A DNA stretch of 53,642 nt, the filler included, from Catajapyx aquilonaris (lineage: Eukaryota), in assembly GCA_000934665.2 (NCBI GenBank). It is 3 parts of 3 records of this genome, joined end to end, with 100 filler letters (N's around TTAATTAATTAA, not from the genome) between each part and the next. Parts side by side here need not be neighbours in the genome. Positions count along the whole stretch, not along the records: positions 17,824 to 35,755 come from KZ539613.1; positions 35,856 to 53,642 come from JYFJ02006893.1; 1 more part is not named here. One strand, written 5' to 3'. The translations under genes were made by a program, and so were the position numbers. The number at the start of each line of letters is the position of its first letter. Position 1 is the stretch's first letter. Below are positions 27,302 to 36,437 of this stretch, piece by piece. The notes under the pieces were generated by a model that was not told where the DNA came from, ran no database searches, and saw only the letters and a program-made list of their open reading frames with translations.

Positions 27302-30300
27302 ATGTCCAAGAAGCTGGCAGAAATGAATCGGGGTGAGTTGTGGGAGGCACTGAAAGGATCGGATCTGGTGTGGGATGTACAGCAGTACTTTGGGATATGT
27401 CCCGTTGAGAAGAAGAAAACACCTAGCGAAGCCACCCACAGAGAGTATCCGAATGGTGTGTCCAAGCGGAAGGATAGCAGCACTAATGAGGAGATGGTGA
27501 GCAAGTTGGATTGTGAGTCACGCGGGTATGTCATCACCAACCGGCTGTGGTATTACCTGTTCAGCGCTGGCGCTGCCATGGGAGATGAAGCCTTTTATGC
27601 TGCCTTCTTCACATTCTGGTTTTGGAACGTAGATGGGGCAGTTGGGAGGAGAGTCATCACTGTCTGGGCACTCTCCATGTACATTGGTACACATGGTTCA
27701 TGTTTTCATGGTTTATTTTGAATTTCATGTTCAGCTGAGGAAAGTTGTAACAGCAGGCTGGAAATGGGTCATTTGCTAAAAGCTAATATTGCATACTGAT
27801 TTTTGGATAACTCATTGATCAGGCAAGAGGAGAAACCTTATGACTTAATCCTCTGGCATTAACACCAATTTAAGGTCGATTGCAGACCATTGGAGATGCT
27901 ATATGCGGTTGTCTTGCCTAACATGATTTTAGCTTTCTTTTAATGGATTCCTTCCAGGATTGATTTTGCTCTGTGCATCAAAAATTCATTAACTTATTAT
28001 TATTCCTGAGTTGGTAAAATGTGAGATTGACATATTAATTATTTTACCAAACAAATTCTTGCTTGAAATTGCAGAATTTTAATTTTATTATGGAAATAGT
28101 AGATGATGCCCATTTTATGTTGCATAGAGCTCAAACATTAAATAAAATCAGTGCTGGCAATACAACAAATGAGGTATTACAATGGGGGGAAATGAATGTG
28201 TATATCCTAATTTCAATAGGGTTAAAATTTAGTGAACAACAATTTGCTGCTCAAAAAATTGGGCATCATTTACAATTCCCATAAAAATTAAAATAAATAT
28301 TCTGGAAGGTTTTTAGCACTTGCTGTGGCCACTTCAAGGATGAAAAAATTGAAAATTCGTGAGTTTCAAGCCCACATTTTCACAACTCAGGGATCAGATA
28401 CTGAAGAACTTAGTTTTCCTTTTTTAGTTTTTTTCATTGAATATTATTGGTAACAGATTTCACTTAAATGATTGATTTAACAGAGCAAAAATAATCCTGT
28501 GAGGAATCCTTTAGAAGTTACATGTGCATTAGTATTGTGTTAAAGTGTAGGTATTACAAAACTAAGGGCTGAAATCATTAAATGTTATTAAGACCTTTTT
28601 AATTTTCTGTTAGAATGGGAAGTGCAAGTTCTACACTGATTCTTCTTATGATAACATATTTTAAAAGGTTTTGCATAATAGGGCTTCACTAATTGAGTAT
28701 AACAGTGGAATATTAATTTTATCATTGATTTTAATGGGGGTTGGAAGTGGTATTGTTTGAGCTTTTTGACTAGTTTTTAGACAGAAAGGATCCCTGCCAG
28801 GATCTGTTGTACAGGTACTCCTCGTTTTACACTGGGGATTGGTTTCAGCAGCATGTGGCGTAAAGTGAAAAGGTGTAAAACGAAGAGGCGTAAAACGATG
28901 AGTACCGGTACTGAAAAAGCATAGATTTGAGATGAATTTCCCCCCTTAAATTTTCTTACTTTGCCTTGTTTTTTTCTTCTCTTTTTTTCTTGATTTTAAT
29001 TGCCTTTTCCCAGCCTTCCTCATGACCCCTAAAAATATGCTGGTGACCCAGGGGTTGGGAACAGAATAAACATTTTGTCCATAGAGTCGTACCATTCTTC
29101 ATGAGCGGTACTGTACCACCGGCAGTATCATATAATATTAGGGGCTGTACACATAGTGCGTCATCATGNTTGGGATAAGAGTTACTTTCTCGAGTCTCTG
29201 GAATATCACCTGCTGATATTCGATCCAATGCTCATGTACCAATTAATGAGGGAAAAAAGGGTCGTCTCCCGCGCCGAACGGGGTTGTGACTGGCCAAATG
29301 GGTCAATCGCAAGGGGTCGGATGCGAACTGTTGCGACCCTGAAATGGAAAGGTGCCCATCGTGCATGTCATCATCTCTTTTATTTCCTCATCTCCAAACT
29401 GATTTGTGTGTTGGCCTGAACAGGGCCCATTTTGGTGTTTGCTGGAGGGTTTCGCATGAGGTCACTAGCTGCCAATCAGAGGGCTAATCAGTCGAACCGG
29501 ACAGACCCGGCTGTGTCAATAAATAGGCCTTCTGGTTTGTACTTGGCTCCATTCGGAGAGCAGCAGCCATGGCACCAGCTTTCACCAACTCAGAAATGTT
29601 CCAGATGGTGATGCTCTTCTCTGTTTGCGGAGAAAACGCCGCAGAGACTGCCAGGGAGTACGCCCGGAGGGATCCGGGTCGCCGCCTACCCAGTAAATAT
29701 CATCATGCGTCTGGTGCGCCGCCTCCGAGAACATTGGGTGCTTGCTCCACTGCAACGTGAAGCCGTCTGGCGAGAGACGAGCCACATGTCATTGCTATTA
29801 GGGCGTATGTGGCTGCCAAACCTGGTGCTGGGATCCGGGAGATTGCGCGGCAGTGCGACTCCATCTTTGGTACAGTCCAGCGTGTTCTGTGTGGTGCTTG
29901 GTACAATCCCTACAAGATTTACATGGTACACGGGCTGAAACCAGGGGACCACCAGCTACACATCGCCTTTTTCAGCTGGCTACTGTCCAGGAGGCCCCCC
30001 CCCNCCCCCCTGGGCACCTCATCTTGTGGTCCGACGAGGCGCAGTTTTCACGTGTTGGGGTGGTGAACCGCCACAACCTGCACTACTGGGCAGAGCAGAA
30101 CCTGCACTGGGTACGGCCGACCCACTTCCAGGACAACTGGAGGGTCAATGTCTGGTGCAGGATCATCGGGGACCACATGGTCGGGCCGTACTTCTTCCAG
30201 GGGACGCTGATGGGGCGGAGGTACCGGCGGTTCCTGCGCCACACCCTCCCAGAACTCCTGGAGGATGTGCCGTTGGCGACACGGCGGGCAATGTGGTTCC

Positions 30301-31564
30301 AGCAAGTCGGCGAGCCTCCGCACTATCACCGCAGGGTCCGTGCCTGGCTGGATCGTCACTTCCCTGGAAAGTGGATAGGCTGTGCAGGTCTGCAGCCCTG
30401 GCCAGCGAGGTCACCTGACTTGACCCCGCTGGATTTTTTCCTGTGGGGTCATGTGAAACAGGTGGTCTACGAGACGGAGCCACCCAGCCTAGCAGCCCTG
30501 CAGGACAGGATCAGGGATGCCTGCGCTGCTGTGACCCCATCGACCCTCCGACAAGTCCACAACTCGACCCTGGGCCGTGCCAGGACTTGCCAGCGACTGG
30601 GTGGGGGCAACATTGAGCACCTCATCTGAATCCATCCAGAAAACACCAAAATGGTTCCTTTTCAGGGCCAACACATGAATCAGTTTGGAGATGAGGAAAT
30701 AAAGGAGATGATGACATGCACGATGGGCACCTTTCCATTTCAGTGTCGCAACAGTTCGCATCCGACCCCTTGCGATTGACCCATTTGGCCAGTCACAACC
30801 CTGGCCGGCGCGGAAGACGTCCTGTTCCCCACGGATGACCCTTTTTTCCCTCGTTAATTGGTACATGGGCAGAGCACCTAATATCAGCAGTTGCTATTTC
30901 AGATGCTCGAGAAAGTAACTCTTAGCAAGTAGCTGCTTAAAAAGTAGCAGCTTGCGCGATTTTTCCTATTGTTGGGGCGACAAAGTTGGATCACCCTATA
31001 TAGAGTGCAGTAATATGTGGTATTCAAGAGGAATGATGTTATTGTTGGAATATGGGGTTTGTTCCCCCTCTCTCCCTTTTGCAAATTACATTTTACACTG
31101 GTGTATCGTAACTTGGATAATTTCCATTGCTCACTAGGTCAAAGCTTGAAAGATGTCATCCGGTGGCCTCGACCATCATCCCCCCCTGTTGTTCGCCTAG
31201 AGCAAAAGTGGGAGTTGGAATATGGAATGCCCTCAACCCATGCAATGGTGGGGGTAACAGTCCCATTCTCCATAGTGATCTACACAGCCAACAGATATGA
31301 GTACCCCCTGTGGGCAGGAGTGGCTGCTGCCCTCTGGTTCTGTCTCCTAGTGTGCACCAGCCGACTGTACTTGGGCATGCACTCTGCACTGGATGTTATT
31401 GCTGGGGTCCTGCTGGCCACTCTGCTCATGGGAGTGCTGGTACCTTTGGCTGACTGGCTTGACCACTATTTTATTACCAGTGGTATTGCCATAGCCCTCA
31501 TGATGCTAGCAGCAGCACTCTCACTTGTATTCTACCCTACCTCAGATAGGTGGACACCTGCCAG
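27302..31564 (+). CDS. SGPP1: Sphingosine-1-phosphate phosphatase (SGPP1/2-like, PAP2 superfamily); first two coding exons, 3' part not found before the contig end
   Basis: join(27302..27686,31138..31564); ATT G|gtacac ... cactag|GT CAA, ends GCC AG|gtaagt. Motifs LWYYLF..GDEAFY..FWFWNVDGAVGRRV, KDVIRWPRP (C1), EYGMPSTH (C2), SRLYLGMHSALD (C3), RWTPAR. Confidence 0.93.
28812..28908. mobile_element. Short Tigger/pogo-like MITE
   Basis: TA|CAGGTACTCCTCGTTTTAC ... GTAAAACGATGAGTACCGG|TA. Confidence 0.6.
29170..30998 (+). mobile_element. Tc1/mariner DD41D (rosa/Visitor-type) transposon with long TIRs, in the SGPP intron
   Basis: Inverted repeats 29176-29453 / 30628-30924; right TIR continues to ...GGATCACCCTA|TA (30998); the outer part of the left TIR is lost at the N at 29169. 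Confidence 0.9.
29569..30629 (+). pseudogene. DD41D transposase pseudogene (DUF4817-like HTH plus DDD domain)
   Basis: MAPAFTNSEMFQMVMLFSVCGENAAETAREYARRDPGRRLPS ... ILWSDEAQF ... WFQQVGEPPH ... WPARSPDLTPLDFFLWG ... GGNIEHLI*; three frame changes (~29700, ~29770, poly-C/N at ~30000); second catalytic Asp is Val (GTC, 30306-30308), with 41 residues before the third Asp (30432). Confidence 0.9.
31138..31564 (+). CDS. SGPP1: SGPP-like exon 2 with all three PAP2 phosphatase motifs
   Basis: 427-bp phase 1-2 exon; ORF track 31017..31568. Confidence 0.95.
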
Positions 31565-32235
31565 GTAAGTGTCATTTGATATGGAGACTGTTTAAGCATT
31601 TGCTATAGGTTTTATTTTTTGCAGTCCATTGACCTATCAAAGGTTTGCTTTGATGGAATAAGCATGGAAATACATTTTAAAAATCTACGCAAAATAGTAA
31701 TTTGTTTTTCAAAAATTCCAGGGAAGAACTGCCCTAATCCTCTTCATATAGAAACTTATTATTTTGTGGAATAATAAAGAAACAAACAGCAGTTTTCTGT
31801 ACTGGACAAAAATTTTGTAAGCTCAGTATGATAAGAGACTTTGTCCATGTTAAAAATATAAAATACTGCTCGACAGAGTTGTAGTGCATGTTGATGGGAG
31901 GAGCTCAGGTCCTTGGGAAGCATGCCCCACACTGTTGCCACTTACATAACTTATCACTTCTACTGAATCCAGTTTGCCAAACCCCGTGCCATAATGCCAC
32001 CTGCTTCCCCCTGATTTGGGAATAGAATTGGGTGAGGTTGAGCTACTGTGACGAAATGCATTCCTTCCATTCTGTACTTAAAAGTTGTCAAGCAGTACAC
32101 AGAAATGATACTGGGTGAGGCACACTCTTCAGGTCATATTTTATCCTTTATGGACCTCATTCTGATTAATGTGATGTTGCATCATTTCATCACAAGTGTT
32201 TATTTTTAAAGCGTGGAAAAGTAACTTGTATGGTA

Positions 32236-32532
32236 CAGTTGTAGAACCATGATTACCCATGGGACTGGGGCATTGTCGGGTAACAGAAAAGGTCAGATAA
32301 TCCAAGGAGCAAAGAAAAACACAACAAAAAGCATAAAAAAATCATGAAATAATGTACAATTTTACGCTTTTCTAAGAAATCAGTGAAGTATTTATCTTTT
32401 ATGTGCACACTCTGCTATTTAAAATTTAACTATGGCAATACAAAACAAATGATAAGTTACATTAGGTCTATTTGATGAGAAAACATGCATTTGTTGCTGG
32501 AGCGGGACGGTCGGATAAACGGGGTTCTACTG
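32236..32532. mobile_element. Tigger/pogo-like MITE
   Basis: Degenerate left end TA|CAGTTGTAGAACCATGATTACCC and right end CGGATAAACGGGGTTCTACTG|TA; a solo right end of the same family lies at 22755-22793. Confidence 0.55.
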
Positions 32533-32917
32533 TATTTGTTTAACCCTTTTTCCTGATTGGGATAGAAAAAAAAATCACTTGTTGTTTCCTGCACAAAGAG
32601 CCGTTTTATTACTCATAACCACAGAATAAGCAGTTGTGATGTCATATCCATTTTTCATTCATGGCATTCAAGAGAATATACTATCAGCACGGAAATGGTG
32701 CAGACACTTGGGGGTATGCTAACCATTTACAAGTGTGTGGACCATTTCTGTAGTATCTTACCGTAATAAAACATCTGACTTGTTTTTATGTAACATAGGT
32801 AATGGAGGTGGGACATGGGACATGGGGGGGGGGGGGGGGGGGNGTCTTTTCATCTAACTACAGGGAAAGATTTTTGGCTGCTAGGCTTTCAGCTGTGTCT
32901 CATCCCATTGAATATTC

Positions 32918-33062
32918 TTACATGTTTCCATGGACCTGAGTTAGTAGTAAGCTTGCACAAGAAGAAATCAGCAGGACTACCTGTCTGCTGATTTTCTTCT
33001 TCACTCTGCAGGCGTGTTCTTCATTCCAACTACAGTACTAACTCTGGTCCATGGAAATGTAA
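32918..33062. repeat. Small foldback/hairpin MITE
   Basis: TTACATGTTTCCATGGACCTGAGTTAGTA vs TACTAACTCTGGTCCATGGAAATGTAA, plus an inner stem AAGAAGAAATCAGCAG / CTGCTGATTTTCTT. Confidence 0.55.
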
Positions 33063-34325
33063 TGTGTCTTGCAACCAAGCCCTATGTCACCCATCTTAAT
33101 CAATGTACAGTATTGTTCAATTGAGTGTTATGCACATATGATTATTATCATCAGTTTTTCTTTTATAACTTAAGCCCCTATTCCACGGCCAAGTACTTGT
33201 GCACAAGTGGGGGTGCGCACTTGCGCAGTTGTCCTCCCCCACCTTCCACCCTCCCCTTGTGTAGAATTGAGGGGCTCACAATTCAACCATACAAGTACCA
33301 ATCAGGTTGAGGCAGGGGGAACTCTCCTCTCAATCACAGCCGAGTAGTTGCTGAGAGTGGAGAAGGAAACATTTCTAAGCTTTTCTCTTGACCATGAAAA
33401 CCTGGGATATGACACTATGACAGTAGACAGTGTGACACCAGAAATCCCAACAGAAACGCCGATCGCACGCAATTTTCACGTCCTCCACTTTTATAATTTT
33501 GCACAACTGTACAAGATTTACCCAAAGCTTTTTGTGGTGGCTCCAACCTGAAAATACTCCATAAGGTGCCTGGAACTAGGGGAGAAAATAAAATTGCTTT
33601 TAATAAGGTGATAACTTTTAAACCAATCATCACATTTCTAGGTCGAGTAGGAAGGAAAATATAGTCAATTCTTTGGGGGGACTACCAAGTGAAACACCCT
33701 GTATAATACATCTGCTTAAATTGTGGGAGGGTTCCCAAGGGAGGGAGTGCCTGGGTAGGTTTCAAAGCATTTTGTACCCTCTTAAATTACCAGACTGCTT
33801 CTCTAGGCCCTGGGAATAGAGGGGCGTGTGATTGTGCCCAGACATATCGGTAGAAAAACAGAAATAGACCTTACTAAGAGAAGTGACAGGGACAGAATTT
33901 GAACCCTGGACCTCCGGCTTGGCTGGCCAAGGGCATAACTACTAGACTACCTTGCCCCCACGCCCCTACCACATTACACTGTATAATGTAAATGATAATT
34001 TGATTGCATTATAGGGGCTAAACATACCATATGCACCAGAATTGAGCTCACATTCATGTTGGTGGAAATATCATGTGCACTTGTATGACCCATTGGTTTG
34101 CTTGGTGGCTAGGGAGGGGAGGTGCATGAGAATCTGCCCTAAGTGTTTCTTTGAGGCACATACTTTGTGAGTACACTTTGGCACAGGAGTATCACTTTGA
34201 GGCACAACATTTCTCCCAAAAGAGATGTTAGCTCAGTTTTGATACACTTGGTATAGCTTAAATGACATAGAAAAAGGAAAGGTGTGCTTGAAAGTCATAA
34301 TTGGCGAGTTCTTGAAAATGAAATA

Positions 34326-35136
34326 TGAAGCGCATCCAGAGAGTAAGTTCCGTTTTTTAATTAGAAAACCCACAATGCCCCACCAGAATTTCTATTTACA
34401 CATCTGAAAGCAAAAACTGTGTACTTTTTTTCAAAAAAGTTTCCAACCAAATCGAGGCATATTTCATAGATTTTGCATAGATTTTGCAAGCCATTTCTTC
34501 CTGTCCATTTACAGGTGGTAATCGCTAGGATCTATATCCCTGAAGATCGAACAATTCGCACTTGAATTGTTGCTTCAGGGTTCCAGTAAGCAAGGCAGTA
34601 GGTGGGCATTGCCGCACAAGAAAATGCCCCAAACCTCAGCATACTGACACATTTCTTGTGAATGGCCATCTTTAACTTCTGTAATGACTCACAATAAATC
34701 TTTTGGTTGAACAATCGTAGCACGATATTGAGTTTCGGGGTGTTTTCGTGCGCGACAATGCTTGCCTGCCTACTGCCTTGCTTACTGGAACCCTGCCGCA
34801 ACAATTCAAGTAAGAATTGTTCCATCACCAGGGATTTAGAGCCTAGCGATACCATCAGCGAATTGACAATAAGAAATGGCTTGCAAAGCAGAAGGTTGAC
34901 AATGACTAGAAGTTGCAATCCAGCTTTCAAGGGTCTCGAAAATAGCTGGCGGCAGAATCCTATGATATAGGGATGCAAAATCTTGTGTAACTCAATAAAA
35001 TATGCCTCTATTTAGCTGGAAACCATTGTGAAAAAAACTACGCAGTTGTCGCTTTCAGATGTGTAAATAAAAATTCTGGAGGTGCATTGTGGGTTTTCTA
35101 ATTAAAAAACGGAACTTACTTTCTGCATGCGCCTCG
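34326..35136 (+). mobile_element. Internally deleted mariner (DD34D-like) with ~160-bp inverted ends and a transposase remnant
   Basis: TA|TGAAGCGCATCCAGAGAGTAAGTTCCG ... CGGAACTTACTTTCTGCATGCGCCTCG|TA; interior reads VFVRDNAC..QQFK*ELFHH..DLEPSD..KWLAKQK..LAAESYDIGMQNLV (mariner HDNARPH / DLAPSDY region). Confidence 0.85.
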
Positions 35137-35755
35137 TAGTTTTATATCATGCTGCAAATTTTTGAACATGAAGTACGGTATGTGGTTTAAATTGTTGCTT
35201 CTTGTGTTTTGGCATATTCAATTGGGTCAAATGTTCCAAATACATAGTATCCACTTCGATGTTGGTTGCTTGAGTGTAATTTGGCAGGTGTTATCATAAT
35301 CCAGAGTTTAAAGTTGCTACTCTCTCACCTGTTGCCAGCCATTGAGAAGTACGGCCCCAGTCATCTTACATGTATGTTGCTTCACTTCCCTTCTCATTTA
35401 CCTTTTTAAATGTTGAACGTTGTCTTTTATATGCAGAGTAAGGAAAGTAATGACAATCAGAAGTCAGCGATTTAAAAATTAAACGATGGTGACACTCACT
35501 GTATCAAATGGCTTAGCGGCAGTTGTGGTGGACTGATGGGGAAAAAAAGCATTATGTGACCTGGAATTTTTCCTGCTGCTCTGCTTGATATGGGCATCTT
35601 TAGCCCAGGAGTTTTAGGTTTTTACCCGGACATAAATAATGTAAAGCTGAAAATTTGCACACAGGCTCTGTTTGCCATGCTGAACAACATATCAAAAGTC
35701 CCCGACTCTCCCCTGTCCGCGTCATGTTTTTTTTGGCTCAAGAAGTACATAAGTG

Positions 35756-35855
35756 NNNNNNNNNNNNNNNNNNNNNNNNNNNNNNNNNNNNNNNNNNNNT
35801 TAATTAATTAANNNNNNNNNNNNNNNNNNNNNNNNNNNNNNNNNNNNNNNNNNNN
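35756..35855. other. Artificial contig-joining spacer
   Basis: 44 N + TTAATTAATTAA (35800-35811) + 44 N. Confidence 0.95.
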
Positions 35856-36165
35856 ACTCCGGGTTATTGTTGCCAGCTCTCTAGCGGGGCCGGGTAGGCC
35901 CGGGCGGGAACGCGTAGCGCCGAAGGCGCGCCAATTGGGGCGCAGCCCCAAGGGGGGGTGTGGGGGGCGGAGCCCCCCCCGCCTCGCAAAGCGAGTCGCA
36001 GAATCATGTAACTGTGTACTGTAGGCTACTGTACTTTGGTCCCATATGTTCTCTACGGATAATACTGTAGCCTACATATATGTACTGTACACTACGACGT
36101 ACTGTAAAATTTTTTATGAAGGTGTTTTCATCATGGGCATGCATGACCGTACCCTGTACAGTGTA

Positions 36166-36252
36166 CAGTACCTATCTCTCTAAGTTGGACACCCCTCTAT
36201 GTTGGACATTTTTTGTGGAACCGTGAGTGTCCAACTTAGAGGGGTTTTACTG
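36166..36252. mobile_element. Short pogo/Tigger-like MITE
   Basis: TA|CAGTA..CTCTAAGTTGGACAC ... GTGTCCAACTTAGAGGGGTTTTACTG|TA. Confidence 0.65.
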
Positions 36253-36334
36253 TAGTAGTATAGACGTATAGTAGTTGTAGTATAGACGTATAGTAGTAGT
36301 AGTATAGACGTATAGTAGTAGTAGTATAGACGTA

Positions 36335-36411
<77 letters not shown>
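36253..36411. repeat. (TAG)n microsatellite with TATAGACG interruptions
   Basis: Read directly; paralogous (TAG)n at 48300-48362. Confidence 0.95.
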
Positions 36412-36437
36412 ATGAACCCAGAATGTGTCAATTTCAG

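Noticed and set aside
29853..30010. N-terminus of the 258-aa ORF as the transposase start
   Set aside because: Out-of-frame read-through; the true N-terminus starts at 29569 and joins through frameshifts.
30026..30866. Multiple overlapping ORFs on both strands
   Set aside because: Shadow ORFs of the GC-rich transposase and its TIR.
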